From an uncultured Myxococcales bacterium (GTDB lineage: Bacteria; Myxococcota; B64-G9): 47,139 nucleotides of DNA. Positions within the stretch are counted from its first letter, which is position 1. Each line of letters begins with the position of its first letter. The DNA is taken from positions 1 through 47,139 of the forward strand of contig CAYSLH010000005.1 of assembly GCA_964431605.1 (NCBI GenBank), read 5' to 3'. Shown here one piece after another: positions 1-9,388 of this stretch. Both the position numbers and the translations under genes were made by a program. The notes beneath the pieces are model-generated. The model was not told the origin of the DNA and searched no databases. It saw only the letters and a list, made by a program, of their open reading frames with translations.

Positions 1-195
1 GTCAAAACCGACATCCAGCGCGTGTATAATCCAGGACGGTTTGATGCCGCTCGAGCAAGGAAGCGGAACGACATAAACCGTGGGCGGATAATGCATATGC
101 GCGCTTCCCGCCAGGTCGATACCTGGATCGGAGATATTATTGGTCGAAAAGACCAGTATCCTCGTCTCGCCACCGTTCGTGTCGCCCGCATCCAT
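1..195 (-). CDS. MvhD-like hydrogenase/heterodisulfide reductase iron-sulfur subunit (5' part; runs off the window)
   Basis: Not in the ORF track. Manual translation from ATG 195 gives MDAGDTNGGETRILVFSTNNISDPGIDLAGSAHMHYPPTVYVVPLPCSSGIKPSWIIHALDVGFD, matching the MvhD pattern DLAG..R/H..YP....I...CS....P..I..A...GFD. Starts right after the tusA stop. Confidence 0.8.
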   Translation of the reverse strand, partial: MDAGDTNGGETRILVFSTNNISDPGIDLAGSAHMHYPPTVYVVPLPCSSGIKPSWIIHALDVGFD

Positions 196-196
196 G

Positions 197-451
197 TCAC
201 TTGCCTCGCTTTACGAACAAGCGCCAAAACCCGGCTTCTTCGATATTTCCCAGATACTCGTGGCCGACCTTTTCAGACCACATGGGAATGTCCTCGTTGG
301 TACCTTCGTCAGATGAAAGCACCTCTAAAATCTCGTCCCGCTCTATAGAGACCATGGCTCTTTTGGCTTCCAGCAGGGGCCCCGGGCAAGCTGTTCCACG
401 GGCGTCTACGGTCTTTGCTACGTCGAGTTCTTTCAGTTCTTCAGGTGTCAT
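197..451 (-). CDS. tusA: TusA family sulfur carrier protein
   Basis: DARGTACPGP motif, 84 aa, GGAG RBS upstream. Confidence 0.9.
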   Translation of the reverse strand: MTPEELKELDVAKTVDARGTACPGPLLEAKRAMVSIERDEILEVLSSDEGTNEDIPMWSEKVGHEYLGNIEEAGFWRLFVKRGK

Positions 452-508
452 GTCACGTCTCCTTGGAAAAGAGTTTCAATACGAAAAATAAAATCTCCGC
501 CCCCACTA

Positions 509-862
509 TCAATCATCAGAAACAAGTTCCTGGGCATGTAAATCTCCTGCGATCTTTCCCCTGGCCTTCATCTTATCGATGAGAATCTCCCGCAAGGTAT
601 TGCACGCCTCGATCATGCGACGATCGACCAAACTGTAATATACCGTCTGACCTTCTTTTCTGGCTCGAACCACATCTCTGTCCTTGAGGGTTCTCAGATG
701 TTGACTGATGTTGGAAATCGGCACCTCGATAATCTCTGCAAGCTCCCCAACGCTCATCTCCTTTTTCGCCAGGAGCGCGATTATCATAAGGCGCTTGGGG
801 CTTGCCATGGTGCGGCAAAGGTCGGCATGAAAACGAAATATCTCTTTGTTTCGTAATTTCAT
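509..862 (-). CDS. ArsR/SmtB family transcriptional regulator
   Basis: P.RL.II..L...EMSVGELAE......SNISQHL..L wHTH and RKEGQTVYYSL; start taken at MKLRN (862). Confidence 0.9.
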   Translation of the reverse strand: MKLRNKEIFRFHADLCRTMASPKRLMIIALLAKKEMSVGELAEIIEVPISNISQHLRTLKDRDVVRARKEGQTVYYSLVDRRMIEACNTLREILIDKMKARGKIAGDLHAQELVSDD

Positions 863-900
863 TGTTGCGAATATATATATAACAGCAAAAGCACTGTCAA
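863..900 (-). promoter_or_regulatory. Putative sigma70 promoter and ArsR operator, possibly giving a leaderless transcript
   Basis: TTGACA at 900-895, then a TATATATATT tract ending 7 nt before the ATG; no Shine-Dalgarno; AT-rich quasi-palindrome. Confidence 0.4.
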
Positions 901-1092
901 GGTAAAAATACAATGTTGTGTAATTATTTTTTATATTATATTTCCATGGGTTATGTGTTTTCTGGATCTAATTTGCCAAAAAAAGAAACTTTACAGACAA
1001 AGTAGAATTTATTTGAGGCTTGGAATCTTGGACAACTTAGTGCAAAGTAGAATAGACTCAGTAGAGTGAATCTGACAAGCTGGAACCGAGAG

Positions 1093-1566
1093 ATGTTCGC
1101 ACAAAATTCGAAAGACGAAATCCATGTGTTTGCTGCCATAGCAAAAATATTGCTTGAATCCAGGACTTCACAAAAAAAAATGCAATACTTCGGGGCAATA
1201 GCCTGGATAGTCCTTGCCGGATTGATACTGGGGTTATCGTTGGTCATGGGAGATCAAAGTACACACAGAGTGCAAAAAATCCTCGTAGTGCTTTCAGCCA
1301 TTGTCGCCTTCATGGGAATCATTACCTTGATTTCAGGACTGCTTCGTAACCGCCGGCTTAATGCTATTTTCCATATTCTCGAAAACGAACCGGAAAAGGT
1401 AAATAAAATCGAAGTAACCAGGAAAACTTTTCACACAATTCCCGTCTTCAGGGTCAAGGTAATGGCTGAACGAAAACTCAACGAGACATTTACCGTATCC
1501 GAGCCCCAGGCCAAAAAAATCAAGGTATTACTTTCAGAACGAAGATCGTTGAAGGACAAAAAGTGA
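1093..1566 (+). CDS. Hypothetical membrane protein (2 TM)
   Basis: ORF with two hydrophobic segments; GTGA overlap with the next gene; start uncertain (1066/1093/1180). Confidence 0.65.
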   Translation: MFAQNSKDEIHVFAAIAKILLESRTSQKKMQYFGAIAWIVLAGLILGLSLVMGDQSTHRVQKILVVLSAIVAFMGIITLISGLLRNRRLNAIFHILENEPEKVNKIEVTRKTFHTIPVFRVKVMAERKLNETFTVSEPQAKKIKVLLSERRSLKDKK

Positions 1567-2318
1567 AAAAAATTCTCGTACCCATTCCTTCTTATGGATT
1601 TGATCCGACCGAAGTAGCTATCCCCTGGAAGATATTGACAAGAGATCATTGCGAACTGTTATTCGCGACCCCTACAGGCACCCAGGCGTCAGCAGACGAA
1701 ATAATGCTCACGGGAAAAAGGCTGGGAATTTGGAGAAATATCCTAAAAGCCAGAAAAGATGCAGTGGACGCCTATCGTGAACTGGAACAATATGATAATT
1801 TCCGCAATCCTTTGAAATACACTCAAATCCGGTATAGCGACCATGATGCCTTGTTATTACCAGGAGGACACGACAAGGGAGTCAAAGAATATCTGGAGTC
1901 TGAGATATTACAACGGGTGGTGGTTGACTTTTTTGAATCCGGAAAACCAGTTGCCGCAATATGTCACGGAGTGTTGCTGGCCGCCAGAAGCACGAGTCCG
2001 CAAACCGGCAAATCTGTGCTTTACGGCTATAAGACAACCGCATTACTAAAAAAACAAGAAATGCTTGCGTACAACATGACGCGTTGGTGGCTCCATGATT
2101 ACTACCTCACCTATCCTGGTATGACCGTTGAAGATGAAGTCAAGTCTGCTCTGTCCTCTCCTGACAACTTCATCACAGCTCCAACAGGAGCATCGAGAGA
2201 CAGTGAAAACAACCTGGAACGTGGCTTTGTAGCACGTGACAGAAACTATCTGTCAGCACGCTGGCCGGGCGATGCTTATAGGTTTTCCTTTGAATTCAGT
2301 AAAATGCTCATGGACTGA
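1563..2318 (+). CDS. DJ-1/PfpI (type 1 glutamine amidotransferase-like) protein
   Basis: GFDPTE, LLLPGGH, AAICHG nucleophile elbow, SARWPGD. Confidence 0.9.
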   Translation: MKKILVPIPSYGFDPTEVAIPWKILTRDHCELLFATPTGTQASADEIMLTGKRLGIWRNILKARKDAVDAYRELEQYDNFRNPLKYTQIRYSDHDALLLPGGHDKGVKEYLESEILQRVVVDFFESGKPVAAICHGVLLAARSTSPQTGKSVLYGYKTTALLKKQEMLAYNMTRWWLHDYYLTYPGMTVEDEVKSALSSPDNFITAPTGASRDSENNLERGFVARDRNYLSARWPGDAYRFSFEFSKMLMD

Positions 2319-2474
2319 AATCCTATCCTACCACGACGGATCAAAGACTATCTATTTTGATTTCATCTGGCTTTTGGTTGTTTCCATAATCTACCGTCAT
2401 TTGTGTTGCCATGCCATTGGTCTGGTGCATATTCTCCCCTGAGAATTCAACACCAACTTTTCCGGAGGTGACTT

Positions 2475-4544
2475 GTGAACATGAAAAATATCTGCCTGGC
2501 TTTTATTACTTGCTGTCTTGTTTTCGGATCAGCTACATCCATGGCTGACGAAGGCATGTGGACCATGGACAATCCCCCCACCAAGCTACTCCAAAAACGA
2601 TACAAGTTCACACCTGAAAAACCATGGCTGGATCATCTTAGGTTGAGCTCGGTTAGGTTCATGGATGGAGGTTCAGGATCCTTTGCATCCGCTCATGGCC
2701 TGGTGGTAACCAACCACCACGTGGCAGCAGGCCAACTGCAAAAAATGTCCACACCTGAACACAACTACATGGCTACAGGCTTTTACGCCAAAGAACTAAA
2801 AGATGAAATCAAGTGTCCCGACCTGGAAGTCAACGTGCTCGTGTCTCTGAAAGATGTAACATCCGAGATAATGTCAGTGGTAAAAAAGGGCGTGAACCCC
2901 CAAGCGCAGATCAAAGCACGTGATTCGAAAAAAGCAGCGATGGAAAAAAAATGCCAGGACAAGCCTGGTGTCAAATGCGAGGTGGTCAGCCTCTACCAGG
3001 GTGGCCAGTACTGGTTATACAGGTACAACAAGTATACGGACATTCGCCTGGTTTTCGCTCCGGAAAGACAAGCAGCATTCTTCGGAGGTGATTGGGATAA
3101 CTTCACTTATCCCCGTTATGACCTGGACGTGGCATTCTTCAGGGTATACGACAACGGCAAGCCTCTGGACACAAAAGATTGGCTTCGTTGGGATCCGGAT
3201 GGAGTACAGGACGGCGAGCTGGTTTTTATTACGGGCCACCCGGGCCGTACCAGCAGGCTCTATAGTGTAAAACAACTGGAAGTCACCAGAGATCTCTACT
3301 ACCCCATGATCCTGGGCTATATCGATCAGGCACTGAAAAATCTGGCCCAATATGCGAAACAAGGCAAGGAACAGCAACGCCAGGCTCTCATATACCAATT
3401 TATGTTTGCCAATGGTCAGAAGGCTCTAAGCGGTGAATACAAGGGACTAAAGAGCAAGGAGCTCATGGAGCAAAAAGCAAAACAGGAAAAAAACCTGAGA
3501 GACAAGGTGAACGCAGATCCCAAGCTCAAAAAGAAGTACGCCAATGCGTGGAACAGCATCGAGCGCACCTACAAAAAACACGGCAAGGAGCTGAAGAACA
3601 TGATGTATCGAAGCATGTTCAGGTCCGGGCTGATCTCAAAAGCCATCACCATCGTAAAATACGTACGAGAGATAAAAAAGCCGGATTCCGAGAGGCTGGA
3701 TGGTTTTCACGATTCCGAACTAGAAGCCCTGAAGTTTCGTTTATTGTCGCCTGCCCCAGTCTATCCGGGCCTGGAGGCGGTTCTCATGTCAACCTCCATG
3801 GGGATTTCTCTGAAAAACCTGCCAGCCGACGATCCATGGGCCAGGATTCTCCACAGCCTTGGCGATCCAAAGCAAGCGGCTTTGAAACTCTGCTCCAGTA
3901 CAAAGCTAAAGGATCCGGCTTTTCGCAAGAAACTTTTGACAGGTGGCATAAAGGCCGTGGAAAAAAGCGATGACCCAATGATCGTACTGGCGCGAAAATT
4001 GGTGCCTATTTTGGTGAAAGACGAAAAATGGCGGAAGAAAACCATCGAAAGTGTAACCACACCTGCCAAAGAAAAAATCGCCAAGGCAAGGTTTGCAATA
4101 TACGGAACGGACGCATACCCGGATGCTACTTTCACCCTTCGCATGACCTTTGGAGCGGTAAAGGGCTATCCCATGAACGGCACCAAGGCTCCATATCAGA
4201 CTACCCTGTTTGGTCTGTATGACAGGAATCTTGGTTTTGATAACCAGGGAGGATGGAGCCTTCCTGAAAGGTTCTTCAAGCGTCAAAAATACCTCGATCT
4301 GAAAACACAGGTAAACTTCGTCTCAGATTGCGACATCATCGGCGGAAACTCCGGTTCGCCGGTTGTGAACAAGGACGGCCAGTTGGTGGGTGTCGTGTTC
4401 GACGGAAACATCGAAAGCCTTTCCGGCAGGTTTATTTTCGATGCACAACACTCCAGGGCAGTTGCCGTATCGTCCCAGTACGTGCTCCACGCCCTGAGGA
4501 AACTTTACGACGCAGCAGATCTGGCAGACGAAATCACCCAGTAA
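2475..4544 (+). CDS. S46 family dipeptidyl peptidase (DPP7/DPP11-like), secreted
   Basis: Signal peptide then DEGMW; TNHHV; DIIGGNSGSPV catalytic Ser; GGAGG RBS. Confidence 0.93.
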   Translation: MNMKNICLAFITCCLVFGSATSMADEGMWTMDNPPTKLLQKRYKFTPEKPWLDHLRLSSVRFMDGGSGSFASAHGLVVTNHHVAAGQLQKMSTPEHNYMATGFYAKELKDEIKCPDLEVNVLVSLKDVTSEIMSVVKKGVNPQAQIKARDSKKAAMEKKCQDKPGVKCEVVSLYQGGQYWLYRYNKYTDIRLVFAPERQAAFFGGDWDNFTYPRYDLDVAFFRVYDNGKPLDTKDWLRWDPDGVQDGELVFITGHPGRTSRLYSVKQLEVTRDLYYPMILGYIDQALKNLAQYAKQGKEQQRQALIYQFMFANGQKALSGEYKGLKSKELMEQKAKQEKNLRDKVNADPKLKKKYANAWNSIERTYKKHGKELKNMMYRSMFRSGLISKAITIVKYVREIKKPDSERLDGFHDSELEALKFRLLSPAPVYPGLEAVLMSTSMGISLKNLPADDPWARILHSLGDPKQAALKLCSSTKLKDPAFRKKLLTGGIKAVEKSDDPMIVLARKLVPILVKDEKWRKKTIESVTTPAKEKIAKARFAIYGTDAYPDATFTLRMTFGAVKGYPMNGTKAPYQTTLFGLYDRNLGFDNQGGWSLPERFFKRQKYLDLKTQVNFVSDCDIIGGNSGSPVVNKDGQLVGVVFDGNIESLSGRFIFDAQHSRAVAVSSQYVLHALRKLYDAADLADEITQ

Positions 4545-4606
4545 TACAATCCAAATCCACCGCGAAAACTCAGACCGTATTGAAGCGCCTTGAAACAGCA
4601 AAAATT

Positions 4607-6946
4607 TCAGTGTCGGGATTTATCCTTCTTGTAAAGGTCGGCAAAAGGATTGTGAGTAAGAGAACCAGAAGAAGTTACCGATTTATTGGAAGAAGGCTTA
4701 GGCTTGGTGCGCTTGATTTTCTGAATTTTGTTTCTTGCTGCTCGAGGGCCTGGGGATCTCTTCCCCTTGTGATGCTCTGTCGTTTCTTTCTTGGCGCTGA
4801 GGGAAATTCGATTTCTCACCTGGTCGATCTCCAGGACCCTGACCTTCACCCGGTCCCCAACTTTGACTACCTTGTGAGGATCATTGACGTAGGAGTCAGA
4901 AAGCTCGCTTATGTGTACGAGTCCATCGCGATGTACTCCGATATCCACAAAGGCACCAAAGTTTGTTACATTGGTAACCACCCCTTCGATGGTCATCCCA
5001 AGCTTGAGGTCTTCTACTGTATGTACATCATCCCGAAACCTGACCGGATCGAACTTTGCCCTCGGGTCCCTGCCTGGCCTGGCTAACTCGGAGAGAATGT
5101 CTCGCAAGGTGAGTTCACCAACGTCGTCCGAGAGGTATTTTTCTATGTCGATTTGCGAAACAACATCAGCATGGCCCACGAGTTGTTCCAATGACACACT
5201 CAGGTCGTCGGCCATTTTTTTCACCAAGTCGTATCGCTCAGGGTGTACAGCTGAAGCGTCCAGGGAATTTTCTCCAGATCGTATTCTCAAAAACCCCGCT
5301 GCCTGCTCGAACGTCTTTGGTCCAAGGCCTTGTACTTTCAAAAGCTCCTTTCTGGATTTGAAAGACCCGGCCTCATCCCGGTACTTTATTATTCTTTGGG
5401 CGAGCTTGGGACCAACGCCGGCGACCCTTGACAGCAGGGGAGCAGAAGCCGTATTGAGTTCTACTCCCACCATGTTTACGCAGTCTTCCACGACCTCGTC
5501 GAGTTTTTCGGACAAAAGAGGCTGGTACACATCGTGTTGATACTGTCCAACGCCGATGGCCTTGGGATCTATTTTTACAAGTTCGGCTAATGGATCCTGG
5601 AGTCTGCGAGCTATGGATACGGCACCTCGCAAGGTAACATCCAGGTCAGCAAGCTCCTCCCTGGCCATGGTAGACGCCGAATATACGCTCGCCCCTGCCT
5701 CGCTGACCTGCACAACGACCGGACGGCTCTCTGGTTCTCCTCGAGCTGGTTCGTCCAGGACCTTCCTGAGGAAAGACTCAGTCTCCCTGCCTCCTGTTCC
5801 ATTCCCAACCGCAAGGGCTTTGGGCTGGTGGTCCTCTATGAGTTTTGTGATCTCTTTTGCGGCTTTTTGCCTTTCTGCCTCGGACCTGCTGAGGTAAAGC
5901 GTAGTCACCTGCATTACCTTACCTGTCTCATCCAAAGCAGCGACCTTTGACCCGGTACGCAATCCAGGGTCCACTCCGATGACAGGCTTGGGACCCAGCG
6001 GAGGCGCCATCAAAAGATTTCTAAGATTTTGTGCAAAAACATCCACCGCAGCACGGTCAGAACGGAGTTTCAGTTCGACCCTTATGTCGTTTTCCACGCT
6101 GGGAGATATCAATCGGTTGAAAGAATCTTCCAATGCTTTACGAAATTCCGGAGCATAGGGTGAAGCGCTCTTCAAGCCAAGCACTCGTTCCATTTCACGC
6201 AGGATGCGCTGATCGTCCACTTGTACCTTTATACGTAAAACGCCTTCCAACTCGCCACGACGAATGGCCAGGTACCGGTGGGAGGGGATAGATGCTATGG
6301 GTTCGGTGAAATCATAATATTGCGAGTATTTGGTCGGCTTATCGCGCATCTTTTCGACCACAGTCACTGTCAGTATACCGTTTTGGGAAAACTCCCGTCT
6401 GGCAAGCTTTCGGATTATGGCGTTTTCGGAGATTCGTTCTGCAACCACATCCCTGGCTCCGGCAAGTGCTTCGTTCACATCCTCTATGCCCTTGTCATGA
6501 TCCACGAATCTTACAGCGTCTTTTTGGGGATCTCCATGTGGTTCCATCTTCCAGATGATATCTGCCAGAGGTTCCAGACCCTTTTCCCTGGCCTTAGTCG
6601 CCCTGGTGCGCCTTTTGGGGCGAAATGGAAGATACAAGTCCTCCAGGGCTGATTTTGTGTCAGCAGCCATGATTTGGTTTTTGAGTTGAGTCGTAAGTTT
6701 TCCCTGTTCCTCGATGGAATCCAAGATAGTTTTGCGTCTGTTGTTCAGGTCAACCAGGTAGGAGTTTCTCTCCGAGATCTGTCTGATCTGGACCTCGTCC
6801 AGGGCGCCGGTCGCCTCCTTTCTGTATCGAGAGATAAAAGGTACTGTGTTACCCTCGGACAAGAGGTTCAAAACCGCCTCTACCCCTTTTTGATTGAGCT
6901 TCAACTCCAGAGAAAGAGCGTGTGCGAAATCAGTGTTGGTGTTCAT
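4607..6946 (-). CDS. tex: Tex family RNA-binding transcription accessory protein
   Basis: GNTVPFISRYRKEATG, LEDLYLP, GVDPGLRTG, EAGASVYSAS, C-terminal S1 domain. Confidence 0.95.
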   Translation of the reverse strand: MNTNTDFAHALSLELKLNQKGVEAVLNLLSEGNTVPFISRYRKEATGALDEVQIRQISERNSYLVDLNNRRKTILDSIEEQGKLTTQLKNQIMAADTKSALEDLYLPFRPKRRTRATKAREKGLEPLADIIWKMEPHGDPQKDAVRFVDHDKGIEDVNEALAGARDVVAERISENAIIRKLARREFSQNGILTVTVVEKMRDKPTKYSQYYDFTEPIASIPSHRYLAIRRGELEGVLRIKVQVDDQRILREMERVLGLKSASPYAPEFRKALEDSFNRLISPSVENDIRVELKLRSDRAAVDVFAQNLRNLLMAPPLGPKPVIGVDPGLRTGSKVAALDETGKVMQVTTLYLSRSEAERQKAAKEITKLIEDHQPKALAVGNGTGGRETESFLRKVLDEPARGEPESRPVVVQVSEAGASVYSASTMAREELADLDVTLRGAVSIARRLQDPLAELVKIDPKAIGVGQYQHDVYQPLLSEKLDEVVEDCVNMVGVELNTASAPLLSRVAGVGPKLAQRIIKYRDEAGSFKSRKELLKVQGLGPKTFEQAAGFLRIRSGENSLDASAVHPERYDLVKKMADDLSVSLEQLVGHADVVSQIDIEKYLSDDVGELTLRDILSELARPGRDPRAKFDPVRFRDDVHTVEDLKLGMTIEGVVTNVTNFGAFVDIGVHRDGLVHISELSDSYVNDPHKVVKVGDRVKVRVLEIDQVRNRISLSAKKETTEHHKGKRSPGPRAARNKIQKIKRTKPKPSSNKSVTSSGSLTHNPFADLYKKDKSRH

Positions 6947-7090
6947 GTTGCCACTCCTCGATGCAAGGCCGTGATGAAAACAATTTATCGAAATCCTTGC
7001 CTAGCATGACCGGACTCTGGATACAAGAATCACGGAATCAATCATAGAGTGGAAGATTCAATCAAATACTGAAATGGAAAATCTTTGGCA

Positions 7091-9166
7091 TCAAGGTGCG
7101 AGAAGAAACATTACGAGATCCGTCTGCATGGCCACAGTGCCAGCCCCGCAATTATGCAAAAGCATGGCGTGTGCGCCTCCAGGCACATTTCCACAGGCAC
7201 CTGGATCGTATGTCTTGAAGTCATCGCCCTGGGGTGAAAGTCCCAGCAATCCGGCGAGCAAGGAAGTGGAGCTGTTTAGAAACACCATGTCGCCATCAGC
7301 CTGTTGTACCAGGACCCGTTTTTTTCCGGCGGTGATATCCGAAGCCAGCGCATTTACATAGTTGACAGGATCAGCCGGGTCCAGCATCCACTGGGTGACC
7401 ATCCTGAATTGTGCAAAACCAGGATCTGAAAGCAGATCGCTTGACGAACAATCGTGAGCAGAACAACAGTCGCTGGTTATCACGCCTGCCAGACACAACA
7501 TGGAGGCCAGTTCCGGTCCCAAAACAGGCGATGAGGCAAAAGTATCCACGAGCCCAGCGCCAGTATTATTCAACACCACTCTCTTGACATCGGGAGACAT
7601 TGTGGCAAACAAAGTACCGATGACTCCACCCATGGATGTTCCCACGAAGTAGATCCTGTCAGGATCTATGTTCAAGCCACCGCAGGTATCGGCAGTACAT
7701 GACTTGAGAACCCGTACCAGTTGCAGGATATCCACCACGGTCTGGCGAATGTTGTCCCTAGTGACCATGGAGTCGGAGTTGATAATAGAGTATAGCTCCG
7801 TGCCCTGAGTAAGCGTGTTTTTGACCATGACCTGCCGGTCGCCTGCAAGTACCGAATCGATGGCGACCATGGCTATTCCATTGGCGCCCAACGCATTTGA
7901 AAGCGCCATCATGGACATCTTGTTTGCAGAGGCAGCTTCTTCCGGGTCCTTTGGTGTCAAAGGATGCTGGAAAATAACCACAGGGTAGGGTCCTTGTTGA
8001 CCATTGGGAGTTGAGGCAAGGAAGCTGATGTCCTTGTGGCCTTGAAGCGCCGGTGAATAAGAGTTTGAAAAGCGGCCAGGTACCTTTGCAGGCTGACCGG
8101 ATATGGGTTGGTATGGCAGGGCAATATCCATTTCCTGTTGGAAGTTTGGAGATTTGAACTGCCCGGATATGAAGGTTCCTATACCGGGGCAAGCCGGCAT
8201 GGGACCATCACCATCAGGGTCGGGAGCACCTATGGCTTCACAACTCAGTCCTATGGCACCGAGAAAAGCCCTTGCGTCCAGGGGAGGGACAGGTAAAGTC
8301 GCAGCAGGTATTGTCACTTGTGTTCCGTCCACATTGTCCCCAAAGGTTCCAAGTCTATTTGAAATATCAGCGAGAGCGGTGTCCGTGTACTGGGTATTGA
8401 AAGTAGAGGCGAGAATGATCTCCTCTCGTTTTATACCCATCAACCCAAACGCATCGAGTACCGGAGAATATGCAGCCTGGACCGGAAGAAGTTCGGGTAT
8501 ATCCACCTCGTCTTCAGAACGAATCATAAGAAAAATATAGAAAGGCTCCACCTCGTCTCCGTTCAAATCAAGGATGCCCTTGAGAAAAGCCAGGGCATAT
8601 TGATGATTACCCTCGAGTACCACGGGAAGGTGAGTATCGGCATTCATGGGAGTGATGATCATGGTGGGGATCATGGCAGGTTCAGCGTCGCAGCCGTTCA
8701 AGTACTTAGGTGTCTTGGTCATCATGGTGCTGACCGGTATGGGCGAATCCAGTCGCGCGTCGACGCCTCCGGCACCAAACGTTCCAAGGTCCACCAGTAC
8801 TACCTTCCCCTCGATGGAACTTTCATCCAGTTCCCTTCCGAAGAAAGCCATGATATTGCCCGGCGTATAGGTGCTGAAACCATTCAGGTCCTGTAGTTCG
8901 TCAAGGCTTTGCTCGGTTGTCGAACCAGGTTCGAAACACATGGAACTCTTGAGGTTAAGAGTTGGAGGAGTGTTTGTCGTGTTCAGAGCCAGTATGTTGG
9001 GTAGGGGCAGGATGGATTTTTCCGGATTGATAGGATCAATTGAAAAATATGCGCTGGTGACAATGTTGGGTTGATCCTGCTGTTGTTGCTCGGGATTATT
9101 ACACCCCGATATCACAAAGATCCAGAAAGCAACAAACACTATCAGCACGCTTGACATGTTTTTCAT
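7091..9166 (-). CDS. Lipoprotein with C-terminal alpha/beta hydrolase (Pla-1/cef-like extracellular lipase)
   Basis: Lipobox VISGC; LNGFST; GTSMG nucleophile; DPADPVNY; C-terminal His (GAHAML); start 9166 or 9178. Confidence 0.75.
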   Translation of the reverse strand: MKNMSSVLIVFVAFWIFVISGCNNPEQQQQDQPNIVTSAYFSIDPINPEKSILPLPNILALNTTNTPPTLNLKSSMCFEPGSTTEQSLDELQDLNGFSTYTPGNIMAFFGRELDESSIEGKVVLVDLGTFGAGGVDARLDSPIPVSTMMTKTPKYLNGCDAEPAMIPTMIITPMNADTHLPVVLEGNHQYALAFLKGILDLNGDEVEPFYIFLMIRSEDEVDIPELLPVQAAYSPVLDAFGLMGIKREEIILASTFNTQYTDTALADISNRLGTFGDNVDGTQVTIPAATLPVPPLDARAFLGAIGLSCEAIGAPDPDGDGPMPACPGIGTFISGQFKSPNFQQEMDIALPYQPISGQPAKVPGRFSNSYSPALQGHKDISFLASTPNGQQGPYPVVIFQHPLTPKDPEEAASANKMSMMALSNALGANGIAMVAIDSVLAGDRQVMVKNTLTQGTELYSIINSDSMVTRDNIRQTVVDILQLVRVLKSCTADTCGGLNIDPDRIYFVGTSMGGVIGTLFATMSPDVKRVVLNNTGAGLVDTFASSPVLGPELASMLCLAGVITSDCCSAHDCSSSDLLSDPGFAQFRMVTQWMLDPADPVNYVNALASDITAGKKRVLVQQADGDMVFLNSSTSLLAGLLGLSPQGDDFKTYDPGACGNVPGGAHAMLLHNCGAGTVAMQTDLVMFLLAP

Positions 9167-9388
9167 TTGACTCTCCACGATTTGTCTTGATGAATGAAAT
9201 AATTATATATTTTTTTAAAATTTTATAAAAGATAATATTTGTACTTGATTCCACCGTCTCAATCGCGTATTAGCAACGTTCCCTTGTTAATAAGGGAATC
9301 GGACTGCCGGTTGAATCGACTTCTTCACGCAAATCTGGCACGAAAATCGGGCAGTCTTTTTGTCAGCGGGGGCGGTTGGAGGCAGGCC

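Noticed and set aside
4328-5540. Long antisense ORFs over tex and other genes
   Set aside because: Shadow ORFs of well-supported genes, with no motifs of their own
9239-9388. N-terminal extensions in the ORF track (fusA; likewise 11397, 19499, 20590, 23738, 33631, 40798, 45621)
   Set aside because: Longest-ORF artefacts; RBS positions and family N-termini point to downstream starts
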